Both the position numbers and the translations under genes were made by a program. Source: Gekko japonicus (lineage: Eukaryota). Taken from it: a stretch of 64,000 nucleotides of DNA. The DNA is taken from positions 295,917 to 359,916 of the forward strand of contig NW_015170306.1 in the NCBI RefSeq assembly GCF_001447785.1. Direction: 5' to 3'. The notes beneath the pieces were generated by a model that had not been told where the DNA came from, made no database searches, and worked only from the letters and a program-made list of their open reading frames with translations. Below, piece after piece: positions 48,715-61,730 of the stretch. Every line of letters begins with the position of its first letter. Within the stretch, counting starts at the first letter, position 1.

Positions 48715-51700
48715 ACTGTCTTGATCCCCCTCCCAACTTCTATGGCAAGTGAGCAGTAAAATTAAAAGGGAGTTTGACAATCTGTGATGAAGTTCTGGTT
48801 AGGGTTGCCAACTCTGGGATGGGAAATTCCTGGAGATTTGGGAGTGGTGCCTGAGAAGGGAAATTTGGGGAGGGGAGAGACTTCAGTGGTGTATAAAGCA
48901 ATAGAGTCCACCATCTGATGCTTTCATTTCCTTCAGGATAACTGATCTCTGTAGTATGGAAAAGTTGTAACTCTGGGAGATTTCCGGGGCCACCTGGAGG
49001 TTGCTCACACTGGCACCAAATCAGTTCTGTCTGTACACACACACGTGTATCTGGGCAATGTTCAGGATGGTATAATCCCAAACAGATTATGAAGACATCC
49101 AAAATAATCTCTCAAAACTGAGTGAATGGGGTGGCACAAAATTTGTAACAATCTACAAATGAGATCTTCGGGGGGGTGGAGAGTGGATCAAATGAATAGA
49201 CTGAATGGACAGTGAGAAGGGCAAAATCAATCTGAAAAGGAATGGAGAGAATTACACATTTCCCAGGGTTTTTGTATGGCACATTGGTCTCAGCTAGCTT
49301 TAGACATAAGGACACAAGAAGAGCCCTGCTGGATCAGCCCAGTGGTCCATCTAGTCCAGCATCCTGTCTCACACAGTGGCCAACTAGTTGCCCTGGATAG
49401 ACCAGGGCTTTTGGCAGACCTTGGAAGCTAAGCAGGGTCAGCCCTGGTTCATACTTGGATGGGAGACCACCAAATAAGTCCAGGATTGCTATGCAGATGC
49501 TGGCAATGGCAGACCACCTCTGTTCATCTCTTGCCTTAGAAACACTATGGGGTTCACCATAAGTCGGCTGCAACTTGATGGCACATAATTCCTACACCCT
49601 GACCTGGATGGCCCAGGCTAGCCCGATTTTGTCAGATCTCAGAAGCTAAGCAGGGTCAGCCCTGGTCAGTACTTGGATGGGAGACCACCCAGGAAGTTCA
49701 AGGTCACTATGCAGAGACGGGCAATGGCAAATCACCTCTGAACATTTCATACCTTGGAAACCATTACGACGACATCACTTCCCACCACATTTGGAGAACA
49801 TTGTTACAAGAAAGGGAGTGGGGATGATCCCACCCTCCCCTTCCTGATTAATGAATGAATTAATTCCTCGCTAAGCTGGGCAAGTTCCTCGCTAAGTGGG
49901 GCCAATTCCTTTCCCACTCTGGGCAAGCAACCCCCCCCCTCACTCTGTGTCCAAGAAACTCCCAGGCTGTATGGTTAGTTCAAGCACCACAGGAAGTGTG
50001 GCCATTTCCTTTGGTTATGCCAATGACCGTGCACCACAAGTCCACTCCCCGACCCACCCAGTCCTGCTGTCTCAGGGATTCAAGGTTATTGTTTCCTTAC
50101 AAACTTCTGCAATATCTCTCCCTCCCCACAATAGCAAATGATGAATGGGGATCATTGAAATACCGAGCTTTGTATTATTGTAGTGCAACAACACTGCTGT
50201 GACATTGCTCAGTGTCCCAAAACAGAAAAAAACAAGTTCATGTGACAGTGTGTGTGTGGAGGGTTAAGGGTGCATTCCTATTCATTGAAACCCAAGGGAA
50301 CCTTTCCCTTCTGGAGACGTTAAAAAGACCACCCCGACAATGCTGTGAGAGGAAAGATCATTTTTGTCTGTTCTTTTTGTTTTGTTTGTTTAGCAAAGCT
50401 TTTCTATTCAAGAAAAAACTGGGGCTGCCCATGGTTGGGGAAGGAGTGCAGAACGGGGGCATGTGGATACTAGGAAAAACCAAAACACAAATGCATGAGT
50501 TGGGTGTAGGGTTGCCAACCTCCAGGTGGGGCCTGGAGATCTCCAGGAATCACCACTGGTCTCCAGACTATAGAGGTCAGCTCTCCTGGAGGAAAGGGCA
50601 ACTTTGGAAGGTGGGCTCCCTGGCCCCTCCCCTCCCCTACGTCTGCCCTCCATAGGTACCAGTTGGCATTATGTTCTTATGTTCTTAAGTACTGGTGGTA
50701 CACTTCCAGAGTGAGTTGGGAACTTCCTGGAAAGCACGTTTGTTACTCATGACAGCGCCACAGACCTGGAGTCTGCCCTCCCTCGAAACATAGAGGCAAG
50801 CAACCATGCTGCTACCTCTGCCTTGCCAGGCTTTTGAAGTCACCAAGGACCTGTTGGGGACACATGCTGGACTAGAGGGACCTTTCCTAGGGTATTCCCT
50901 TAGTCATTTATTAGATTTCTATCTCACTTTTTGAGAGAAGGTCCTCAAAGCAGTTCACAATATATTAAAATGTGAATTTAACTCCCTTCTCCCAGTCTCA
51001 ATGGTGGTGGGAAGCAGGCTTGCCAAGTCCCCCCAGGGGGCGGAGAAACCCCCTGCCCCAGAGGCCTGTTCCCCACCGCTGGCGGATTGGAACCCCACCC
51101 CCAAAGCACGTGATGTGCACGTCACCCGGAAGTGAAGCGACCACGCTGGGCATGCTGGGGGCGGGGCCACGGTCATCCGAGGGAAAACTCTGTCCCTTCC
51201 AGGTGATGGGGTTGTGGCACACACGCACTTCCCGCACGCACACACACTCCTGGAGCAGCGCTGGAGTCCCCCGCTCCAGCGCCGATCCAACTTGGGAACC
51301 CTAGTGGGAAGTGCTATCAAATCACAGCTGTAGGGTTTTCAAGGCAAGAGATGTTTTAGAGGTGGTTTACCAGCCACTGCCTGCCCCTGTGTAGCAACCC
51401 TGGCTTCCTTGGTGGTCTCCCATCCAAATACTAACCAGGGCCGACCCTTCTTGGCTTCCAACATCTGCAGGTTAGGTCAGCCAGCCCCAATATCTCACCC
51501 TCATTAACATAGATCCAGGTGGGTAGCCATGTTGGTCTGAAGCAACAGAACAAAGTTTGAGTCCAGGGGCACCTTTAGACTCAGCCTTTGCCTTATTAAC
51601 ACAGTTTGTCTGTAGCTCATCCATCCCAAACATCTTCTAACCTCCCTCCACCGCTATTAGGCAAGCAGTAAAGAAAACTCATGCCCTTACCCTGTGAGCC

Positions 51701-51857
51701 CTAGAAAGTGGCACTGAGCATTCTGAAGGGTGTCACAAACAGCGGCCTTTCCTGACTCTTTGCAGACATGCTACAAACAGCAGAGACCTTCTTTAGTTCT
51801 GGGGGCTCAAACAGTTGTGACGGAGGTCATGCACTATAAACCATGATTTTAAAGGAC

Positions 51858-53216
51858 CGATAAAGGCAGCATAGAGTTTGCCTCTGGGGGAGTGGAGATA
51901 TTTCTCCGCTAAATAAGATACTACTGTACAGTGATCAAGAGTACAGTGGTTAGTTACAAAACCAATCTGCTCTCTTCCAGGGAGGTTGCAGGATTTCATC
52001 CAGCTCAATAGTTTTGAGAGAAGGTGTTTAGCATAGAGTTTCCCCAGGGTTGACAGTAGGCTAATAGGTCTATAGTTCTCTGTGTTATTAGGATTACCTT
52101 TCTTTAAAAATTGGACAATTATGGAGTTCAGCCAAGTATCTGGTAAAACTCCACATTTATCAATAAGCGTGAATAAGTGGGCAAGAGCTTGTGTCCACAG
52201 ATCAATATCACTCTTAAAAAGTTCAATAGGTAGGCCGTCTGGTCCTGGGGCTTTGCTAGATTTAAAAGAGTTAATAAGATCAAAAATTTCATCATAGGAG
52301 ACAGGTGGCCAGTCTGGCAGATCAGCAGACATTGGTCCATTATTTCTTGGGTCTGGGCAGGATGGATCATTAAAAAGGTCTGAATAATAAGTTGCAATCT
52401 TTTTACGGCGTACTCTTCGAGTGCCCAGTTCTGCTATCTATTATTCCCTCTGTGCTGAGCTGGGTCTCCATCTCTTAGACTCAAGGGGATGGATCACCAC
52501 TATTAAATATTGGCTTCACATCCATTTTAGTGCCCCCCAGAATAGCCTTATTGTACTCTTAAGTATGGATCCATATGTATCCAAGTGGTCACAGGCTATA
52601 ACCTCCAAAATATGTTCAATTGGCATTGACCTGGACATCTTGGAAAATCAGGATGAGAATTTCATATACTGGACAATCTGTAGAAGAATCTGGGACACTG
52701 AAGCCCAAATAATCCAGGCTGGTGCTGGAGGTACTTGTTCCCCCCTTTCCCTCGGCCTCAGATATGTACCAAATAGTATGGCACAATACTTTTCTAACTT
52801 GGTGATCTCGCTGCAGTTCAGAGGTTTTATGCTAGCCAGATTTAATGTTTTCCCCTCATCTTGGGTTTTAGGTAGATATACAGGTAATCTGAAATGTGAT
52901 AGCATTTGTAATTGTTCATCTGGAGAACCTGATACCTTAGACCACATCTTATGACACTGCCCCCTCCACTCACATCTTCGATTACATTGGATTAAGCCCA
53001 TACTGCCTAGGATTAATTCCGACAACGTAATCAGGTACCTTTTAGCTGATGAGTCACTTGAAATTACTGCTCAGATTGCTGAATTTTTGACCAAGATATT
53101 GACAGCAAGGAGTTATTTTTAATATTGACATGTTTTAGGAAGGCATGTGTAATGATACCTGATGAAGTAATTTATTTATTATTTTATATGCCAATAAAGG
53201 TGTGTATTGTTGTTGG
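51858..53216. mobile_element. 5'-inverted RTE-X-like LINE: - strand 52397 to 51858, + strand 52392 to 53216
   Basis: - strand KAPGPDG, NYRPISLL, LYAAFI; + strand C-terminal MLARFNV, CNCSSGEPDTLDHIL, CAATAAAGG; 11-bp TSD TTTTAAAGGAC (51847-51857 / 53217-53227). Confidence 0.85.
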
Positions 53217-54411
53217 TTTTAAAGGACACCTCTTCCCCCGTGCCTTCAAAAGGATAGTAGCAGAACAGAAGAGCCAGTTTTGATTCCTGAAACTGTATGG
53301 TGATATAAATACACAACAATATCCTGCCAATTCATTCAGCCTCAATTTGCTTTGGGGCTATGCAGGGCTTAACCTGTCAACCTGGGCTCAGTTTCAGGTA
53401 TCAGACTGGCTCCTCTGCTCTGCTGTTATCATATTAAAAGGGAAAAGGAGAAGTGTCCTTTAAAAACATGTCTTTGCAGTGCCAATAACAAAGCAGGGGA
53501 TCCAGTTTCCATTAGTGAAACCAGGTGGTTTCCCTGCATGGCCCCAAGGCCAACTGAGGATGCAAGAGCCTGCAATTTGAACTCGATAGAGGGACAGAGA
53601 TGACTAAACTTTATCTTGTTTGGTTTTGCCCTTACCGAGGTGGTAAAAGTCTATTTCTTGGTTGTAGCATTTGAGACTGAACACTCCTTTATATTGCAGA
53701 CTCCCCCCAGACAGAAAGTTACATGTAAACAGAGGGATTCTTGTTGGCTATGTGGAGAAAGGCTATTATGTGCAGAGGAGATTCAGTCATATAAATCTCC
53801 ACCTGCAGTCTGAAGCCATGTGGCCGACCTCAGTGAGGACTAGGCCTTAATTTCCAAGCCAAATAAGCATGTTCAAGAAATGGGAGGGCTGCTGAGCTCC
53901 GCAAAGCTTTCTAAATTCAACCAGCCGAATCAGCGGGATGCAAAGCAGCAGGGATTTCGGTACATTTCCGTCTCTATATATTTAATGTTAAAAGATGTTC
54001 CCACTGTTTCATGCCCAAAGTTATTATTGCAAAATTCATGCAAGTAGGTGTGTAACTTTTCATTCCATGGTTTTGATGGCAGAACTAAAGCTTTTCAACA
54101 CATGCTGTAACCCCTGTGACATCGCTGCTATTAAGCCAAACTAGCATTTAAGAGGAAACAGCCTGTTATTTATCTAAATAATGTTTACCAGTCTTTGCAA
54201 GCAGACCAATATTTATAGCTCTCTTACTGAACTGAGACAAGTACTTCATTCTACATGTTAGAACGGAAGTTATATTTCATAGATTAAACAAGACCTTCAA
54301 AAATCTTGGATTTTTCCTCACATTTTTCAAAAGAACTGATATTTTTAGAGTCAGTTATTGATGCATTCTTCTCCAGCCAATCTCTCCCCTCCCCAAATGG
54401 AATTGTTTTAA

Positions 54412-55045
54412 TGATAGAATCATAGAATATTAGAGTTGGAAGGGACCTTGCAGGTCATCTAGTCCAACCCCCTGCACTCTGCAGGAGCATAGCTGAAAGA
54501 TAGCCCTACAGCATACCCGGAAGATGGTCGTCCAGCCTCCGCTTGAAAACATCCAGTGAAGGAGCATCCACCACCTCCTGAGGCAGACTGTTCCACTGCT
54601 CAACCACTCTTACAGTGAGGAAGTTTCTCCTGAAATTTAGCCAGTAACGACTCCCTTGTCATTTCCACCAATTAGATCTAGTCTTGCAATCCGGAGCAAG
54701 AAAGAATGGATCTGCTCCATCTTCTACATGACAGCCCTTCAAATACTTGAAGACTGCAATCATGTCCCCTCTAAGCCTTCTCTTTCCTAGGCTAAATATA
54801 CCCAACTCTTTCAGCCTTTCCTCATAAGACTTGGATTCCAACCCTCTCACCATCCTGGTTGCCCTCTTCTGGACATGCTCAAGCTTCTCAACATCCTTCC
54901 TAAAATGTGGTGCCCAAAACTGGACACAGTACTCCAGGTGAAGCCTGACCATAGCAGAATAGAGCGGAACTACCACCTCCCGTGATCTGGACACAATGCT
55001 TCTGTTAATGCATCCTAAGATTGCATTAGCTTTCTTCACAGTTGC
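54412..55045 (-). mobile_element. CR1 LINE 3' fragment
   Basis: [31 protein letters not shown]; TTCTATGATTCTAT tail. Confidence 0.9.
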
Positions 55046-55983
55046 CCTGTTGTTGCTGGTTGAGAAGGGGCCCCCAGAACTGTTCAAGCTTCAGGGTCCA
55101 AAAAATGTAGATCCGCCACTTACTTTCTTACTCTCTGCTGAGTCTTTAAAGAGCAAAGTGCAGAAATACCAAATAATTGTTATTCTGTATTGGAAGGAAT
55201 AAAGAAAGTGTAGGTCATTTGCTGCATTTCTGGAAGGCATGCACTGGGATTTGTCACACACCCCTCAAAGCAGAATAGGCAGAGGTGGCAACGAGGAGAT
55301 CCAAGAGAGGCAGCCAGACTTACAGGGCAAAGGCAGATATTTTGCTTGTACTTCCTGGGAGAGGAAGGCAGTCTTGCAGAGAGATCCCCGTGACAAGCAA
55401 GGGAGCTTTCGACTGAACCGAAATGAAGATGATCTCACCCACTATCTACAAGACACGCAGAAAAGCCTAGAAGGCAGGGCTGGCAACTATTCTAAAAGTG
55501 TGGTTGCTCTCTCTGTTTTTCTTTAATCTCAAAAATAAAAACAGTTCAAGAAGAGCAGACAGAGGCTCACAGCGGACCTCAAAATCCTCAGCTGGGCCAG
55601 TTCATGAGCATTACAGAAAGTCTCTAAGGAAGCTGTGCAGAAAGGGCAGAGAAGAGCCAGTTTGGTGTTGTGGTTAAGTGCGTGGACTCTAATTTGGGAG
55701 AACCGGGTTTGATTCCCCACTCCTCCACTTGTAGCTGCTGATGTGACCTTGGGTCAGTCACAAGCTCTGGCACAGCTGTCCTTGAAAAAGAGCCGTTTCT
55801 GTCAGAGCTCTCAGCCCCACCCACCTCACAGGGTGTCTGTTGTGGGGAGGGGAAGGGAAAGGAGTTTGTCAGCCGCTCTGAGACTCTCTTGGGTAGTGAT
55901 GGGCGGGGTGTAAATTTCCTCTTCTCTTCTTCTTCTTCATTACTGAGTGTGGTGTTTGGATAGGTCAATATTGTGTGTATAGT

Positions 55984-58900
55984 CCGTCCCCACCTGGGTA
56001 ATGTAGTCCTTTAAATATGCAGGGGCTTGGCGCTCTTGCAGGGAGCGGTGAGGAGTTGGCACCAGCTCCGGGGTACCGGTGGCCGGCCCAGTGGCTTCCA
56101 TGGATTTGGTGGGCTGCGGCACCGGCTGCAGAGGTGCTGTCTCTCACTACCCGACCGGCTATCCATTCTGGCCCCGCACCGTTGTTCCTCAGGTAGACTA
56201 GGTCCCCTGGGAAGAACCCCCTTGGGGCGTCTCTTACCTCGACCATTTTCCTCGCGTCCAGTGTGTGGTCGGGGTGCAGTTGGTCCAGCAACGTTGCCAG
56301 TCTCCGGCCCATCAGGAGTTCGGCCGGGCACTGGCTTGAGACGGGGTTGAGTGTCGTCCTCTGCGCCAGGAGGAATCGGGCTAGCCAGAACTCCCAATCT
56401 CCATCTGTGATCCAGCGGAGGGCCTCCTTCGTGGACTGGACCATCCTTTCGGCCTGTCTGTTGGTCGTGGGATGGAAGGGGGCCGACCTGATGTGCCATA
56501 TCATGTATCCCTGCAGCACCCTGGACTGTAGGGCCCTTGGGACCATGAGCCTGTTCCCCCACAGTAGGCAGTCCTTGAGAGCCGACAGCTCATTTTTCCA
56601 TGTCACGAAAGCTGTGCACTCAGGTCCCGGAAAGGCCGCAGGCCACCCCCTCACCACCTAGCCCAGAACTCGGGAAAGAAGGGGGTCCTGGGCAGAACAG
56701 GCTGCCACGTCTCTGGCCTGAAGTGGTTGGGCCGGGAGGCTGTCCAATACTAAGACCTCCGGCGCCAGGGTTGGATCCGGGTCCCCGGCCAGAAGGGGCA
56801 GCCTACTCAGGGCGTCCACATGGCTCAACACCTTGCCCGGGCAGTAGTCCAGGCGATACTGGTAGCCGGACAGGAATAACGACCATCGAAGCACGCGGGG
56901 CGACAGGACTTGGGGCATCTGCTTGTCGGCTGTGAAAAAGCCGAGTAGGGGCTTGTGATTGATCACGATTGTGAAGGGGCGGCCGTATACAAAGTTGTGG
57001 AACTTCTTAACCCCCGCAACTATCACCAGAACCTCTCAGTCAATCTGCGCGTAATTGCGCTCGGCAGCCGAGGGGGTCCGGGAATAGTAAGCCACGGGCA
57101 CTTTACAGCCTTTGGGGAGGATGTGCCCCAGCACTAACCCCACCCTGTAAGGGGGGGGCGTCACAGGCTAGGACGACCGGCAGGGACTCATCGAAGTGCG
57201 CAACCACCGCATTGGAAATAAGAAGCGCCTTCACCCCCCGGAATGCCGCTGCCTCTCTGGGACCCCATGACCAAGGGGCGGACTTGTCTAAAAGGCAGTG
57301 GAGTGGCTCCGCCACGGCCACCTTGTGTGGCAGAAAAGCGTGATAAAAATTTATTAGTCCCAGGAAAGCCTGTAGCTCTGCCTTGCACGTAGGGGCCGGG
57401 GCCTTGACGATAGCCTTGACCTTATCCTTAGCTGGGTGCAAGCCCGCCTCGTCAACCCGAGCATCGAGAATAAATCCACGTTTTCAAGAAAAGCAAAATT
57501 TATTTCAAAGCGTTGAAGACATACTCAAACACGTTCTTTGTTAGAACTGGGGATACACGGTTAGGTCAAGCATAATAAAGGAACTTCAAACAGATACAGA
57601 TCCAATGAATAACTTTCCCGCTGGCGGGCTAAGGAAACGGTTGCGCGCCCAGTCTATGGGAACCAGGCAAAACATCAGACAAAACACAGGTGCAGCAGTC
57701 ATGAGAAAAGCAATAGGCAAGCATTGCAGTATCTTCTCCCCCACACAACCTCCAGCAGTTATCTTTTGCATTCCAACGCAGGAGCAGGATGATAGAAACC
57801 AACAGGGAAAGGATATGTACACAGAGGTCACAGAAAACAGAATGGCAGCTTGCTGACAAGGAGAAGCATGCCCCATCAAAAACTGCGGGAAATTCCCAGC
57901 AGACCTCCCCAAAATCCCTTGGCAAGCATTTATTTATCCCCCCAACAGTTATACCCAACGGCTCGAACCATGAGCGGCCCAGGAGACTGACCAAGTTACC
58001 CTCTACCACCACCAGCAAGTTCCTCTCAAAGCCCTTATACTGCACCCAGAAAGTCCCCTTGCCCCGGATCAGAACCAGGTTCTGCTGGAAGTTCACCAAG
58101 TTCAGGGACGCGGGCCACAGGCGGGGCCCTCCATTTGGGCACAGTCTACTTCCATCGAGCAGGGGTCCCCCTGGATCAGGACTTCGACCTGGAACCCTGG
58201 GGAGGGAGAGGACTCTGGAATTTGCAGTACCTGGAGGGGCCTCTCTATCAAGTGGTAGAGGTTGCTACCATCCGCGGTCTCATGGGACATCTGCTCCTGA
58301 TGGCGAGGCAGCTGTTTAGCACGGTTGCCGGTGCCCTTCGACTGGCAGACCCAGGTGATGTGCCCCTGCTTGCCGCACGTGTGGCACTTGGCATCCTGGA
58401 ACTTGCAGGCCTTTCTCTTGTGGTGGCCTCTGCAGCTGGCGCACACGGCATCACAGAGGCCCTTCCCCGAGGACAGGCTAGCAGCAGGCCTGCAGCGGTG
58501 TTGTTGCGGCCGGACGGCCCGAACTCCCTCTTCATCCGAGTTCTCCGGACTCGACTGGGCCCCTGCGAAGTGGGCTGTCACAGCGGGCCGATCCTTGTGA
58601 GAGGCCTCATGAGCAGTGGCGTGCTGCAGGGCCTCATCCAGTTTCAGCGTGCGATTGCTGATCATCTTCCGTCGCAGCTTGGTGTCACTCAGGCCCCACA
58701 CAAACTGCGTTAAGAGGTTGTCCACCACCATGGGGAAGGCACAATCTACAGCGAGCTGGCGTAGCGTGGCCAGGTAAGCTGCGGCCGATTCCCTGGGGGC
58801 CTGGATGCGGCTCTGGAAGTCCGTTCTCCTGGCCAGGAAGGTCGGTGTTGGGCTGAAATAAGCATTGAGGGCCTCTAGGATCTCCTCGAACTCACATTCC

Positions 58901-59636
58901 AGGATTGATCTAGGCGCCAGTAGGCTCTTGGCAAGTCGAATCGTATCCGTGCCGCATGAGCTGATGAACAGGGCCCTCTATTTACCAGCGTCCGTGAATC
59001 CATTGAGCGCAAGTTAGCAGGCCAACTGGTCCATCCATGAGTCCCACAGCTCGGGCTAGGAAACATCGAACTTGTCCAAACTTCTGTGGTTCGCGGCCAT
59101 GTTTCTAGCGTGTTGCGGGGAGTGAGGTTGGTCGGAGGGTGTGAGCGGCTGCGCGGTGCTCCTTGGTAGCGTGCGGGGTGCAGACTCTTCCTCCTTGGGC
59201 TCGGTGCTCAATGCTGCGCTGGCTGTGGACTCAGGGTTGCTCATGCTGGTCGTGATGGATGAGGGTCATGACTCCGGAGGCGGCGGCGAGTGATGGCTAG
59301 GCTCAATGCCGGTCGGAGTCAGGCTCTCTCGTCAGAATCCCACCTTCATCGCCACTGTAAAGTACTCGGTTTGATACATCACGACTCAGACAATGACATA
59401 AGAAACACACGTTTACTCAGTACTTCACACTACAAAAGACAAAGACAATAGGCCACATGGCCAACTATATACATATCCAAGGGAACACCCCTGGATCCCA
59501 TTGGGGAGTTTGAATTCCGCTCCAAGGTTTCTATTGGTTCCCCTAGTGAACCTTAGGAGTCTAGTCTCTATTGTCCTTTAGGAATCAAGCTCTGCTCGCC
59601 TGGCCACCCCCTCGTGTCGGTTCCCAGGACACAACA
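55984..59636 (-). mobile_element. Degenerate Gypsy retrotransposon: 5' LTR 59356-59636, tRNA-Ser PBS, gag, protease, RNase H, integrase, polypurine tract; RT core and 3' LTR missing
   Basis: PBS TGGCGATGAAGGTGGGATTC; CHTCGKQGH; MEVD; LLGRSW; LACDA; NHKPLL; VDALSRLP; SAPFHPTTNRQAER; PAYLKDY. Confidence 0.9.
57460..57858 (-). mobile_element. Unrelated LTR-like insert at the position of the Gypsy RT core
   Basis: Begins TGTCAGCAAG on the - strand; AATAAA near the other end; AT-richer than the flanking pol. Confidence 0.55.
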
Positions 59637-61039
59637 GAGTGAACGCTGGTTAAGAGCAGTGAATCCTCTTTGATTTCCCCCACTCCTCCTCCACATGAAG
59701 CCTGCTGGGTGACCTAGGCCAGCCCCAGTTCTTTCAGAGCTCTCTCAGCCCAACCAGCCTCACAAGGTGACTGTTGTGAGGAGAGGAAGGGAAGGTGATT
59801 GTAAGCGGCTTTGAAGCTCCTGGTAAAGAAAAGCGGGAAATAAAAACCTACTCTCCTCCTCCTCCTCCTGTTCCCCTTATTATAGCAAATGTTAGGCATT
59901 TACACATGTCAGTTTCCCTTCACTTTCAGATTAAATGTCTGTCATTCCCCCCCCCCTTCTGCACATGTTTCAATTGCTTCCTGGCTGGCTTCACGTGTGT
60001 TGTTGTTGTTGTTTTGCTCCCCCCCACACACACACATTTTCTGACTGCTCTTGTGTGGCAACTTTTTTTTGTACACTGTCAAGCCAAAGTGAATCAAAGA
60101 GCAGAAAGAAAACATTAGTTTTGTCTTCCGCCTTTCACTGCCCCTTGACATTAACTTCCCCCGCCCATTTCAAAGTCGTTCCTGCCCATCTATCTCCACT
60201 GTAAACAGAAGCCCACGATGGACTGTGTTCTCTTGCACAACTTTTTCATTTCCAACTTTTTAATCTTTTTGTATTCAGCAATCCGAGACTAGCAATAAAT
60301 CAAGCACTAATCAAGAATTATCATCAGTCTCAGACTGCTAAACTGAAAAAAAGTAAATCAATGGGGGGGAATCAAAAAGTTATGTGAGAGAATGTTGTCT
60401 GTCTGTGTTTCTGTTCACTGTGCTGGAGATAGTTAGATAGGCAGGAATGACTAGTCTAGGATCACTGAATAAAAAAATAATTAAAAACAGGGGGAAAGGT
60501 TAAAAAAGTGCTGCACAAGGTTTAGTTTCCTGCTGGTATTGATTTGAAAGTCGGATCAGAGAGGAAGCAAACAGCAGTGTCCTTTCTCCCATTTTTCACA
60601 GTGGCCGATAACACAGCAGAGAATCTCCTAGTGCTTGGCAATATGGAAAATGGGGCTTCTTAGCTGCTCTTATCAGTTTCAAAAATAGTCTTGTCAGTTT
60701 CAACATGATTCTCCTCCCCCCCTTTTCCTGACTTCTTTTGTGTTCCCTTTCATTCAACAAGCTAAAATGCATGCACAAAAACTGGACCACATGGATTTAA
60801 ATGGAAGGTGCTTGCTGGAAACTACTGCACAGCTGTGATAGGGCAATTGCATAAATTAAAAAATAAATACTTTGGATGCCGCCACCCCCACATGTCACAT
60901 TTGATGTTCCCACCCCAATTTAGAGACGTGTGATTTTTGGTTGTAACTGCAGAATAAATACACCAGAGAAAAAAGAACAGACAGGCAAAGAATCCAAAGT
61001 CAAGCTTAAAGGCTTATTGCTTGGAAAATCTGTAGTAAG

Positions 61040-61730
61040 GAGCTTCCTGTTGATGGCGGCATGCTCACGGACTCACCTCCCGGACCTCCCGGGGGTGTCT
61101 CCGTGCTCCAGCAGACGGAGGGGGTGAGCAGGCTCGTAACCCCCCCCAGGAGCCCGGGGAAGGGCACCTGGCCAAGGAGCTTTGAGGGGGTAGCCTCTTC
61201 TCTGGCCAAATGCCAGAGAATCGAGGCTCCCCCTTGCTCCAGTGGTCCGTCCAGCCGAGAGACCTGATGGTACAAGTGAAGCTAGCCGGGTCAAGCACAG
61301 GAGATCAGGCGTTTGAAATGATGAATGAAGAGGGGTCGGAAGACCAACTATGAACGTGAGTCAAATGAGAACTGATTTTTAAATGAAAAGACACTCCCTA
61401 CCCGAAGTGGCAAAACGGCAGAAGCGAGTGGTGGGAGGGACGCCTCCCATGCCCATAAATCATTGAGCAAAAGGGGGAGGGAGTGGAAGAATAAACATGA
61501 AATTGCCCAGAAGTACTCATCCATCGAGCTATACAGATAAGCGCATATTCAGAGACTTTAAAATTTATTGCGAAAGCAAACAAACGAGAAAAAGATGGCA
61601 GGTAAGAGGGACAGAGACAAAGAGAAACTTTTAAAAGAATAACTAGAGTTCCCGAAGCCGGAAACGACCAGTGAGACGACGAAGGCGATGACAGAGGTCA
61701 TGCGCCCTCTGCTGAAACAGCTCAATGTCT
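61040..61730 (+). mobile_element. Probable L1 5' UTR + ORF1 start, cut by the assembly gap
   Basis: CTTCCTGTTGATGGCGGC start; CpG-rich then A-rich; AAGATGGCAG start reading into MTEVMRPLLKQL. Confidence 0.5.

Noticed and set aside
49595-49700. 5S rRNA gene
   Set aside because: Only the internal part matches 5S, the ends are SINE-specific, and decayed copies are dispersed; it is a 5S-derived SINE.
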